The position numbers were made by a program, and so were the translations under genes. The notes below the pieces were generated by a model. The model was given only the letters and a program-made list of their open reading frames with translations, was not told the origin of the DNA and searched no databases. A stretch of 64,000 nt of DNA from Dudresnaya verticillata (lineage: Eukaryota): positions 248,001 to 312,000 of the forward strand of contig OZ374566.1 of NCBI GenBank assembly GCA_977862235.1, given 5' to 3'. Below are positions 46,885 to 58,602 of the stretch, one piece after another (the stretch's first letter is position 1; each line of letters starts with the position of its first letter).

Positions 46885-49588
46885 ATAGTGTTAATAGTTC
46901 GCAAATATCCTGGTCCTTTGCCCATGTTAAGGTGGATGTTCTTATAAGAACAACGGGAATCCACATGTACCTTTCATTGCCTCGCCTTTGTTTCAACAGA
47001 CTTGTCGGCTTTGCAGGCTTCACAACCAATTTCCAAATGAAAATGCGGCATGTCTCTTCACCCCATTAGGCACATTCTCGCGAAACAGTACCAGGAAAAC
47101 GTGGACAAGTTCGTTACCTTTGGAATGGGACTTTTGAGCAAATACTTACGGACCACTGTTGGGAGCTTCCAGGACGGTCAGTATCTTTGAATGACCGTGT
47201 TCTGTCCAGAACTCTGGACTCGTCTTCAGCTTGCTAGAGTCTTGTAAAGAACTAATGACAGGCAGCTGCAAAACATTGTCTTCTCCATGGCCATGTTGTG
47301 GATGCCTCGTGGAGCTGGAGCTGAGGTTACCCAGCCCACCAGCCCGGGTGTTTTTCAATCTTCAGGTACAATGTGTTCTGATGTAGTATATTCTTCATCC
47401 GTCGAGTCTCCATTGGTGGCTTGGCTTCATCAGATCACCCCGAAAGGCTAAGAAACTTCCGTTATTAGCTGGAATTGCCCTCTGCCTTTCCCTCTGCCCT
47501 TTTGAAACGACGGGTCTTCTCTGATCTTAGCGTGTGGAATATTCATATAATAATATCGCGTATAGAGTTTGACGATTTGCACTCGCACAAAAGAAAGGCA
47601 GTTGCACGCTAACGCTTTTCGGATGCAGCAGCGCCCGCATCAGAACGAACAGCACGACCTCGGTGTTGCAATTGCGCGCCCCGTGCCCGAGGCCAGTTTA
47701 CTGCCCACACCAATCAACGATTGGCGTGGGCAGCATGGGGTTGCCAGCGACCGTCCCACGATCGTAACGCTCGAACTCGGGTGCCGTGCCCCAGAGTTCA
47801 GGCTTCCTGCGCCATTCTCCTCCTTGGGGACTACATCCATAGGCCACTCTAGAAATTAGTCAATCTTGTTCTTCGTGCCGTGCTGTCTTCTCCGGCTCAG
47901 CAGCCCTCTCCAGCCGACGGCCTGCAAGACTCTCTCGACCAAGAGACTGTCATTTCCTCGTCTTCCATGCTTGTGGCGCATCGGACAGGATTTCCCTCTC
48001 CCTTTACAGTGCTGAACAACGGTTTACAGTTTTGTCCACACCGTTGACGAATGGATATATGAGGTGCTGGGCATCACAAGAGACAAGCTGCAATGTGTTT
48101 CTTGAGCCTCATTTCACGAGTGGGCAAGCGTGACCAAGCATAACGTAGAGAACAAGGATGTGCGTCTCTTCAGCAAGATCCATTTTTGGGACGCGTGATG
48201 CATCAAAATGGAGTAGCAACGCGCATGCGATTTTTGACATTCTATCTAACAGTAATCGTTCTCTTCAACAAGGATTTACTACCACCGCTTGCATCGTCTT
48301 GACGGGTTCGGACTCCTCTTGGACCCACTGCGCAACACACAACGAGCGGATATCAGAAGCGCCTGATAAACAGACTAGGCTGTATCGTCAGAGCTTGTCC
48401 GCTAAGGCTTGCACGTGTTTCACTACTTGACACGAGGTGTGGTGCGCTGTTGGCTTCGACGCCTATCTACTCATCTGTGAGAGGTGGAAGGGGGGCCCAG
48501 AAAAACGATCTCGCAGTGGCGATGGGTTCAAAGTCTTGGAGGACTTCTTGAAGGGCATCAGTTGCCGTAGACTAGGAATGTACCCCCACTTCAAAAAAGC
48601 TGGAGAATCAGGAGTCCCCACGGCGCTTGAAAGTGATTCTGGAAATCAAACCCAGGTTGGGGACGGCTCTTCACAGGGCATGCCAGGACGGACATCAGCT
48701 ATTCGGAAATTCTTGTTCCGACGTTTTAGGATATCTGTGGAGGGTGTGTCACAAGGGCGAGCGCTGTAATCAGTGTGCAATGACAGTGAGTCCCACGTTG
48801 TTTACAGATGTGATGTTACTGTGAGGTTACCGTGAGGTCGCATATTGGCGGCGCCATGAATTGTAATCCGCTAAAAGGATCGTGCAAAGGGATCGGCCCA
48901 CGAGCCGACCGGCTGTAATATCCACGCCGTCTGGTTTGGAATAGGGATGGGAATGGGAATGGGAATGGGCACAAGCACCTCTGCGTCGAGCTGAATTCAT
49001 CATGTTCGAGCTTCACGTGTGTCACGTGGTACTGTTGTATATATCACCCTTTATCACAAACAAATGGGAATCCCAGGAAATGGAAACTGCGGAATGGGAC
49101 ACTAGTGTGGTTAAACGGATCAATAAATCGTCTATGGGCAGTATCTGTGCCAAATTGATGAACAACGGATGACAGTGTGGAAAGTGTCCTGTTCTCAGCA
49201 GCCCGCGTAACTCCTCTCGGACGTTACGGAATCTGGCGACGCCCATATCATTCAGATTGATATGATTCCAGTCTGGGCGTCGGTGTGTACTTCCGTTGGA
49301 CGTCAACTCATTCTACGACATGCCTGATGACCGTGACAATGATGATGGTACGCACACCGACACTGGCGCCCAGTCGAACACGGCGTAAGCCACATTGTGC
49401 GCGCTACGATTGCGGTGGTGGGCGACAACTCACAAACATAGCTACCGAAGTCCGTCACGGGCCGGCTTTGAGAGCTCTATATATGCGGAATTTTGATAGT
49501 GTCGCGTATTCGCATTTCGCCCTGCATGCTTTCCGGCCCTCGCTATCGCTTTTGAGAGAGGCTTGTGCCAGCCATATAGATTTCCGTA

Positions 49589-49945
49589 CGGTGGAACCCC
49601 GGTAATAGCAACCCCTGATAAGCGCAACCACGCGTTTGCTGCAACCGAACCCCATCCACCATTTTGGTTCCTCCCCAAAAGTAACTAAGAAACAAGATTG
49701 TTGCAAATCCCGTTTGCTGCAACTGTCGAAGACGATGCTCGAACGTCAAAACAGCTCTTTTCACCACTAATGACCGCGTACGATACAGTACTGTACCGCT
49801 ATCAACGGTACAGCAGGTACAGTACACGACAAATAAAGCGCAAAGAGGTACTAAAAGTTACGATACCTCCCGCTGTAGTGCAACCTCCGGCTAATTGCAA
49901 CAGGACCCCATCTCTCGATAGGTTGCAGCTATCGGGATTCCACTG
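49589..49945. mobile_element. Tc1/mariner (pogo-like) MITE
   Basis: TA flanks; imperfect TIRs CGGTGGAACCCCGGTAATAGCAACC / CAGTGGAATCCCGATAGCTGCAACC; empty site in the paralog near 55160. Confidence 0.85.
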
Positions 49946-51846
49946 TACCACGCTTTCGAGGCCGTATTACCGCCAAGCAGTGCCAATATGCAGATTCCTG
50001 TAAGAAAGCCCCGAGCCTAATCCAAACGCCTTCAACAACAAAAAGAAAGCGGATGCTGCGGTCATCACAATTGATGAAACAACATTGAAGGCAATTCCAG
50101 CGGCACCTTTGCAGGGCGTAATTTTTTGGAGACGCCCACATCATAGCACTAACATTCTTTATCCTTTCGCCTCAAGAGGACCCCAACACCCGGAAAGGGA
50201 TCTAACCTATTTCTTGCCCTCGCGTTGTATGGCTGGCAAACCTTGTCTTCCTCCTCTCCGTCGAGGTGGAGCAGCCGCATTTAACAGAGTCTAGCCCAGC
50301 TGTTCGCGGACGCTGTCGCAACAGAGGCAGAGACCGCAGGCGGAAGCAAGGAGATGGAGGCACTAGTTTGAAGTGCCCCTTAATTCATACCCCTGGTATA
50401 TGTGTAGCTGGGTTCCAGCTCCCGGTGCCAGAAATCCATTTCATACATGGCACAAAAACAATAATCTAAATAAAATTCCCTGCACGTCTGTCGGCGACAA
50501 AAGCGTTTACAGACTGTAAGTCGTGCTTTTCTGTAAGACCTATCCAGCATAGTCTGCCACAATGCTGTCTGTGTCGCCCACATCGGGTCAAGCACAGCTG
50601 TCAGGATCTCAGAAAAACACATCCTGTAACACATCCAACTGCTGGTAAGGTGGAATGGTGAGCGGAAGAGAGGGGCTGATGAGCAACAAGGGTCATCGAG
50701 ACCGCAGTCGGAAACGGCAGAAGCTGTGGCAGTCTTTTCGATGGCGCACATCCATTATCGTGTGTACTACACACTTTGTAGGCGCGAAGCTGCACGGTGA
50801 CCTGCTACTGCAGCCGTCCGCTTGTAGTTTTGGCTAGACAGCAAGCTAACCTGCGTCGAGGACCTGCCCTTGCGCCGCGCGTCTATTGCATTATTTGCAC
50901 CAACGTGACCTGTGGCTAAAACCTGAGTTAGCGAAATATTGCTGGACATTTATCCACTCGAGAGAGCAAGCGAGCAACTTCACCGCTTCACAATCAATCA
51001 AGGTCAGGTCCAACGGTGCTTTAACGCGATGTTCGCCTTCAAGCAGTATAGCGCGTCGGTCTACGATCTGGTCATGGAGTTTTGGCGCTTATCAGAACGG
51101 CAGCTTATGTTTTCTTTGTGGCCTGCATCAGTTGGTTCCTCCACATGAGGTGAAGCATTTCAAAACTCTGGAAGCGACATGGTCTGCAGACCTGCACAAC
51201 ACTCACGCACAGTACGGTTCCGGTCATGGGCGCAATCGGAGGAAAACAAACTCGGGTATGTGTGCAAATATGTAACATCTTGCTGGACTGTAACACAAAG
51301 GCGTTCGATATCCCGTTCTTCAACTGAGCACCGCAAAAGACTTGGAGCTCGTTGCACAACTGTACACAAAGATTGTCCTCCTGAGCAGGAGTCCAACATA
51401 TTTACATAACACATCAGATGTCTTAGGGGCACATAAACATTCCGAACCACATACGCTCGTGTATCCTGTTCTCTTGCTGATGACCCCACAAATGAAGAAT
51501 GGAAGCAACACTTGATCATACATGAGGCTTGCGCAAGGCTATTCTGTTCCAATTAAGCCATCGAGCTGGGGGGCAAATCGATGCCTGCTCCGGGGTCGAC
51601 ATGTCCCTCCCCTTGCCAACCTTATGTATCAGGCCTCACAAGATTCACAGCGGCGTCTCATCGCGATGTCAGCCCGACATCATGTCCCTCCCCTTGCAAG
51701 CCTTATGCATCAGGCCTCACAACATTCATGCACATGCGTTCCTCTCACCAAATATAAATCACTCTTCATTGAAGCCGCTATACGTTTTGTGGTAGTCAGA
51801 ACAAACGTGCCCTGCATCCGATTGTGTTATTGTGCGCACTGGAACC

Positions 51847-52319
51847 TCAAGGTGCTTTGCCCATAACCAGCTGCAGGAGCTCGGGCATCCCGAGATTCAC
51901 CGCAGCCTAGCTCCGGGAATTGTTGCAATGAGAGTTTGGAGACAAACAGTGTTAGTATGCACAGATCTTTCGAAGGGACCCTGGGAAAGGTGTAGGTATT
52001 CGTGACGTACCACTGCAAGATCGGTTCGATCAGAACCCACCGTGGCTACGAAGTTTCGCTTCCACACCAACTCCTCTGCATCCGAAATGTTTCTAATCTT
52101 CTTCATGTTTAGCCAGGTGCAGTAGTCGAGAATCTTGGGCAGCACGTTCGAATTGACAAGGGGAACGGGAAAGCACATGCCACTGGGGTGTAGGATCGGA
52201 AAGAGTTCCTCCGCAACTATCGGAATATTGTCAGCGACAAAAGCCTGGGTTTTGAACTTGCGACCATCCTCGCTCTCAACATACACACTCTCTCCCCATA
52301 AGTCCTCATACAGAGGCAT
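51847..52319 (-). CDS. Short Skp1/BTB-POZ family protein (122 aa, 2 exons)
   Basis: VESEDGRKF...PVPLVNSNVLPKILDYC; intron 51907-52010 (GTACGT, TACTAAC, TAG) gives RTDLAV|AAVNLGMPELLQL. Confidence 0.75.
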
Positions 52320-55300
52320 GATGCTTCCTGGAATGGACAGAAGAGAGATCAACCAAGTTTCGGAACACGGTCCGGAGGAATGTCAACGACAACAGGCGGG
52401 TGGAGGGGTGAGGGTGGAGGAGCAGGTGAAGGGGCGGGGGTGGAGGGGTGATGTGGAGGGCTTCCTACAGTGTCGGGTGACGGCTGTTCCGCGCTGACAA
52501 GATTTGCCGCACGATTCTGGCTCTAAGTTGAGAGGTGAAATATTTTTAAAAGTTGGAAACTTTTGGAAAGTTTTTGTGTCTGCATCACAGACTGCGCGTA
52601 CTGCAGTTCTGTACTACTCGCATTCTTTAAAGTGTAAACGATTGTGCCATCGTTCCATAAACATCCCAACACCTGTTTGAGATTGGGGAGCTTGAGAGGA
52701 CTTTCCCCAGATACGCAAGAATTGGTCGGCATATCGCAGACGCATCTTTAAAAACACCGAGCGGAACATTACATCGAACCTCCACTTCTACATCAGCGGA
52801 GAGTACAGAAGAACCACCCCATCAAGCGAGACCCGTCTTGCACATGCGACAGCACTTCCAGTATCACGGTGTGCCCAAGGGAGGATTGAAGCTTATTCCA
52901 ACTGCCCCAATTCCCTCCACTGCGTAGGCTACACATGAAACCAGAGTGATTAACTGTCTCACAAAGCACAACTTCCGCATAATGGTAGAAACGACATGGA
53001 TTATTTGTCCTGATAGTGCCCTGATAGTACCCTGAACGACGCCATTGTATTAGGTAATGAAGACATTTGCACCTATTGTACACTACAGCTAACTGACATT
53101 CACGGTGGGAAAGAAGCTCACCACCCGCTGGAATCTTGGAACGTTTCCAGCCCACCGCAATGACACTATGCTAATCCTCGTCTCCCCCTCCACTATTCCC
53201 GAGCTCGAAGTCCCGAGCTCGAAGCCGTTTCAAACCCTCATCCGTCTGACGTCACCATCTGCTCCATCTCCCGGACAACGAATGATATCCGAGGTGCATG
53301 AAAACATGGCCTCGAGAATCCTCCGGTTCCTAGATAGCTCCAGTGCACCCCAGCATTTATCCATAGTGTTGCTCCTTCGGTTCATCGTCACCTGCTGACA
53401 CCACCCTAAATAAGAATAATAAACATATCTAAAGACAGAAGCTATACATCGTATGTATCGCATATCGGTGAAAAATAGGCTGGTTTGGGTATCATGTACC
53501 ATCTTATACTGTTCCCTCTCTCACTCAGACCCAAGTGCAGTTCCTCAACAAGTCTGACCGGACATTAATCCGTACACACTTCCAGAACCGGAAGCTGTTT
53601 TTTTCCTACACTCACAATACTTTGGGCAATTTCCAGATCCTTTCGCCTATGCCACCGTGGACCTTCCTTACATGTCACTGGGAAGGCAAAGTACTTCCAT
53701 TGCCTCATCGTACGGCTTTTCTTCAACAGACAGGCCGGCTTCAAAATCGATGCCCAAATGCAAATGGGGCATGTCTCTTCTCCACATTGCGCATATTTTA
53801 GGAAAAAGGTAGAGCCAAGGCTTGGATGGCTTGGAAGCTTGTCCATTTGGTCAGATGCTTACGGACCACTACTGGGAGCTTCTAGGACAGTCAGTGTCTT
53901 TGAGTGGCTGTTTTCTGGGTTCTTCTTCTGCTTGCTAGAGTCTTGTTTAGAATAATGACAGCTACAAAACCTTGTCATCACCATGGCCATGTTGTGGATG
54001 CCTCGTGGATTTCAAATTAACCAGCCCCTAGCCCGGATGTTTTGCAATCTTCAGGTACAGTGTTGCTATTATCCGTAGGTTTGGATTGGCTTGATATGCT
54101 CCGAAGACTTCTGAGAAGGCTGGTTTGCACTGAAGAGTGTTCCTGTGGAGCCACAAAGCTTTGCTTTGCCCAAGTGAGGCCCAGAAACAGGGGCTGGCAG
54201 TGGAGATGAGTTCAAAGTTTTGGAGGACTCCTTAATGGGCTGTTGAGACTAGGAATGAGCCTCCACTGAGCAAAATCAGAGAATCAGGAGATTACAGTCC
54301 GTTTTGGGAGTGATTCTGGCCTTCAGGCCGGATTGAGGACTGCTCTTCACGGAGCATGAACAGAACGGGCATGAGCTAGTCGGAGATTCTGTTCTTGTTC
54401 CGACGTTCCAGGATATCTGTGGCCGGCGAGCGCTGTTACCCTCTGTGTGTAATGACAGTGAGTCCGACGTTGTTCGCAGACGTGAGGTCACTGTGAGGTC
54501 AGCGTGGGGTTGCATATGCGCGGTGCGCCATGAAGAGCAATCCGCGAAAAGGATCGTGCCAAGGGATTGGTTGAAGAGCCGACTGGCTGTAATTGTCCCA
54601 CGCTGTCTGGTTTGGTACTGGGCCCGTTCTATGGACAGATGCGCCGCAGAGGAGGGCGGATTTCATCGCGATCGAGCTTCATTCAGGTGCTTCTGTATGT
54701 TCCGCCCTTTATCACAAACAATCGAAACCCTAGGAGATGGAAACTGCGGAATGGGACACCGTCTTCTTCTCAGCATCCCGCGTATGCCCCCTTCGGATGT
54801 TACGGAAACCGGCGACTCCCAAATCATTCAGCTTGAAACCTTCCCAGTCTGAGCATCGACGCGCACTGCCATGGGATGCCAACTCATTGCATGACATGCC
54901 TGATAGCCGTGACAGTGATGACGGCACGCACAATGACACTCTCGCTCAGTCCAGCACAACGTAAGCCACATTGTGTGCGCTACGCTTCCGGTGGTGCACG
55001 AAAACTCACAAACATAGCTACCGAAGTCCGTCACGGGTCGGCTTTTGAGCCCTTCACGCATACGGAGTTTTGATTGTGTCGCGTGGTCGCATTTCGCCCT
55101 GCATGCCTTAATCCCCGCTATCGCTTCAGAGAGAGTCCTGCGCCAGTCATGCAGTTTCCAGTGTCACGTTTTCGAGGTCGCACTTCCGCGACACAGTGCC
55201 AGCATGAAGATTCCTGTAAGAAAGCCCCGAGCCCAATTCGAACGCCTTCAACAACAAAGCAAGCAGAGGCTGCGGTCCCACATTGAACGCTATTCCAGCT

Positions 55301-55349
55301 ACACCTTTGTAATACGTAATTGTTAGAAGATGCTCACATGATAGAATCA

Positions 55350-58256
55350 TCATTCTCTATCCTTTCGCCGCAACAGGACCCCGGAAAGGACACTAACCTG
55401 TCTCTTGCCCTCGCGTTGCGTGGCTGGCAAGGATCCATTCTTGACCAACTCTTGATACACTTGTGAACCCTGAGCGGGCCCAAGATTTACCCCTTGCGCG
55501 GCGGATAACGAGTCAATTGTCCACTGCAGAGCGTTCCGTACATGACTGGTATTTCCATGCACTTCAAGGGCAGCATTCAATGCCTGCAACGCATCGAAAC
55601 GTTTGGCGTACTGCTTTGCTTCTGGATCTCCCTTTGTCAGTTCGGCTAAAGCATCTGTTGCGGATTTCACAACTCGATGGTTTTCTCTTCGGTAGTTGAG
55701 TATGTTGATTGCTCTATTTATGGCACCAACGAGACGGAGCCTTTGTCGAGACCTTGGACCATGTGATGCCAGTATCGTGCATGCCTGACATACATACCAC
55801 GATACTCTTGCGCCCTCCTCTCCCCGAATCTCAGTAGAATCATGCATAAGAGTTGCTATTCTCTCGGCGATGAAAGAGTTCAACATCGCCTCTTCACATT
55901 CTACATCTCGCCAACGAGCGATTTCTCGAACAAACGTGCAGCACCGAACCAGGAAATCCGGGTCTCTGTTCCTCAACATGATTTCAGTGAGAGCTTTCAA
56001 ACCTGAGCTCATGATGATGTTACGACGACCTCCGTCGTAAAAGGCAAAAGCTCGGAGAGAAAGAAGAATATCACTTTCAAGCCCAGAGTCCGAAAAGACA
56101 TACGCCGATTTGGATACCGCTTCCAAAGCGACGACATCCACCAGGTATTGTGCGGCCATTTCGTCACCTTGTGCAATATACTGCACAGCCTTCAAAGTCG
56201 CACGGGCAAGCTCAACATCCTGAAAGCAAGAATTGTTCTGCGTCATAGCTTTGTACACTGCTCCGAGACCTCCTTGCGCAGCAACAGCGGACCGTGAAGC
56301 CTCGCAGTGTTCTGCAATTGTAGCCAAAGCATAACAGCCGGCCTTTTGCACGGTCACCTCAGTTCTGTGGTTGCTAAGCAAGTCGACAATGACAGAAGGA
56401 ACACCCAAGGACCGGAGCTCAAGTCCCACCCTATCGTCCCTATGCCCAGCTAGTGCGGTAATGCAGTTGCAGAAGGTTAAGCAATGAGTAGGCTCAACCT
56501 TTCCGAAAAGCACAGCCCCTGAAACTAGCAGTTCTATTCCTCCTTCTTCACACACGTCGTAATAAAGCATCTGGTTCTTGCCGTACGATACCAAGTAGCT
56601 CGCACCTTCCGATGTAACAGGTAATGAGTGTCGCTGGTCTTTCATTACTTCAAGTATAGTCGAAAAATCTCCTTCAATGTGTGCAGCACGCATTTCAATT
56701 AGTGCTACCTGCTCTGGCGTCGGTATGTCATCTTCTGCGTCACGCTTATCTGCTGTTTCTTTCTGCTCCGCCGAGGGACTTCTTGTGGTAGGCAGGTCGA
56801 GCTCAGCTTGGCGCCCCGTGCCGTGAAAAGCATTAGCAACATGTTCCCTTCCAGTGGACACTCGTGGCTTCGGCCGCTTTTTCGTGTTTGGGGATGCTAA
56901 AGCGTTCAGGGTCGAGACATCTTGTTCTCCTTCTGGGAATTCATCAACTTCAACTCCTGGAACATCGGCATGCACATTATCCTTGGTCTGTTCCAACCCA
57001 GGGGGTGCAGAGAACGCACGACGATCCATTTCCTCTGTACTGTCCGTGGTGTCATGGCGCTCTCGGGGCAGGGACTCACATTCACCATCTGGGCTCTTGT
57101 CATTAATCGGGGGGCCTTCTATGGACTCGCTGTCGTAATTGCCATCAGCACCAGCAATGTGTTTTGTGAAGCTTTTGGGTGCAGCATCTTTGTCCATGGC
57201 GTCGGTATCTAAACCAAGGGTAATGGCACCCATAGCGTCTGAAGTGATAGCGGCCGCAGCCGGGGCTTGAGCGGCTCGGAATACACTGCCGCTGGAGCAG
57301 CGCGCAGTAACCTCAACATGCTCGGGATTGTTCAACGAGCGGGGTTCCGGCGACGTCAGTGGGCTGTCTTTGGGTTCGCCCTTCAGTTGCGCGGTAGCCG
57401 GCGCATCGCTGGTTGCCAGATCATTGTTATTTTGCTCACCACCAACAACCCGCTCCCGCGTGCCTTCTCGCGTACCCAAAGCGGCGGCAACAACGCCGCC
57501 CGAGACACGGGCGCCGGGCAAGTCGGCAGACACGGGCTCGACAAGCGCTGCGTGGGACGGTTTGGGGATGGCGACGAAGGCGGCCGGGGAGGCGGAGTCG
57601 GGACGCCCGGCGGGAGGGGTGTGGTCGGGGTGGGCGCGGCGCGGCGCGGTATGCGGGTCGGACGCGGGGAGCTTGTCAAGAAAGGCCTGTAGGGTTTTGA
57701 CGGCGGCATCGGCGACGGGGCGATCAGCCGGGCGCTGGGCCCAGCACCGGTCAACGAGCGTGACGAGGTCGGCCGGCAGCGACGGGCGGAAGTCCGGGTC
57801 GGACGGGGCCGGCCAGACGGGGCGGTAGCCGGCGGTGACGAGCGCGGCGACAGCAGACGGGGCGCGCTGCGGCCACGGAGTGCGCATCGTGAGCATCTCG
57901 TACAGCACGAAGGCCAGCGCGTACATGTCTGCGCGGGCGGCGGCGGCGGGGCTGGAGGTGTGTGGCTCGGGAGGGGCGTACGCCGGCTGCGGCGGCGGGA
58001 GGGTTGGGGCCAGGCGCGCGGACGACTCGTGCAGCACGACTGCGCGCGGCGATAGCGCGCCGCCGCAGCTGCGCCGCGCGGCGTGCAGGTCGCGCAGCGC
58101 CGCGGCGATGTGCAGGGCGATGCGAGCGGCGCGCGCCGGCGGCAGCGGCTCGGCGTCCGGCGCGGACCGGCGGTGGCGGAGTTCGTCCGCGAGCGACTGC
58201 GACTGCGGCTGCGACGGCACGGCGGCCGACGGCGCAGGCGGGGAGACCGTGGCCAT
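55350..58256 (-). CDS. Pseudokinase (C-lobe-like) + armadillo-repeat protein, ~968 aa
   Basis: ADMYALAFVLYEMLT...PW, CWAQRPADRP; acidic linker; ARM-like repeats (VQKAGCYALATIA, GGLGAVYKAM); likely ATG at 58256. Confidence 0.85.
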   Translation of the reverse strand: MATVSPPAPSAAVPSQPQSQSLADELRHRRSAPDAEPLPPARAARIALHIAAALRDLHAARRSCGGALSPRAVVLHESSARLAPTLPPPQPAYAPPEPHTSSPAAAARADMYALAFVLYEMLTMRTPWPQRAPSAVAALVTAGYRPVWPAPSDPDFRPSLPADLVTLVDRCWAQRPADRPVADAAVKTLQAFLDKLPASDPHTAPRRAHPDHTPPAGRPDSASPAAFVAIPKPSHAALVEPVSADLPGARVSGGVVAAALGTREGTRERVVGGEQNNNDLATSDAPATAQLKGEPKDSPLTSPEPRSLNNPEHVEVTARCSSGSVFRAAQAPAAAAITSDAMGAITLGLDTDAMDKDAAPKSFTKHIAGADGNYDSESIEGPPINDKSPDGECESLPRERHDTTDSTEEMDRRAFSAPPGLEQTKDNVHADVPGVEVDEFPEGEQDVSTLNALASPNTKKRPKPRVSTGREHVANAFHGTGRQAELDLPTTRSPSAEQKETADKRDAEDDIPTPEQVALIEMRAAHIEGDFSTILEVMKDQRHSLPVTSEGASYLVSYGKNQMLYYDVCEEGGIELLVSGAVLFGKVEPTHCLTFCNCITALAGHRDDRVGLELRSLGVPSVIVDLLSNHRTEVTVQKAGCYALATIAEHCEASRSAVAAQGGLGAVYKAMTQNNSCFQDVELARATLKAVQYIAQGDEMAAQYLVDVVALEAVSKSAYVFSDSGLESDILLSLRAFAFYDGGRRNIIMSSGLKALTEIMLRNRDPDFLVRCCTFVREIARWRDVECEEAMLNSFIAERIATLMHDSTEIRGEEGARVSWYVCQACTILASHGPRSRQRLRLVGAINRAINILNYRRENHRVVKSATDALAELTKGDPEAKQYAKRFDALQALNAALEVHGNTSHVRNALQWTIDSLSAAQGVNLGPAQGSQVYQELVKNGSLPATQREGKRQVSVLSGVLLRRKDRE

Positions 58257-58602
58257 GGCGGGGAGGGCGGGGCGGAGGGCGGGGAGCCGGAGGGCGGGGG
58301 GGTGGGCGGGACGCTTGGGTGGCGGTGGGGTGGGAGGGAAGAGGGCGCGGAGAGAGTGTGTGAGAGAGCAATGGCGGACGTGGTGGGGGGGGTGTTGTGT
58401 CGACAGGCAAGTGGGGCCAAGTGGGGCGGCGCGGCAGTATACGTGTACCGCCACATTACTGTATGCGCCGTCCATTGCTGGTTCGATCCGTAAAACGCGC
58501 CGCTCACTGACACTCACCGCTGCGCGTGACCACACGCGCCCCGTCTCAGCCGTCGCCGCCGCCGTCGCCGGCGCTGCAGCCGCCCTCTCACCTCGCCCAG
58601 CC
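58257..58602. promoter_or_regulatory. Putative bidirectional promoter
   Basis: 346 bp between divergent predicted ATGs. Confidence 0.5.

Larger units (their letters stand above)
43740..50240 (+). repeat. Old diverged duplicate of ~52420-55430
   Basis: Colinear blocks, e.g. 45130-45560~52760-53200, 46330~53550, 47150~53860, 49380~54960, 50160-50240~55358-55430. Confidence 0.85.

Noticed and set aside
47560..47855. Possible TAGAGT-ended TIR element
   Set aside because: Only a 6-bp inverted match and no TSD
50939..51730. Possible pseudogene and a ~48-bp direct repeat (51600/51681)
   Set aside because: ORF pieces are short and unrecognisable; the repeat looks like a simple local duplication
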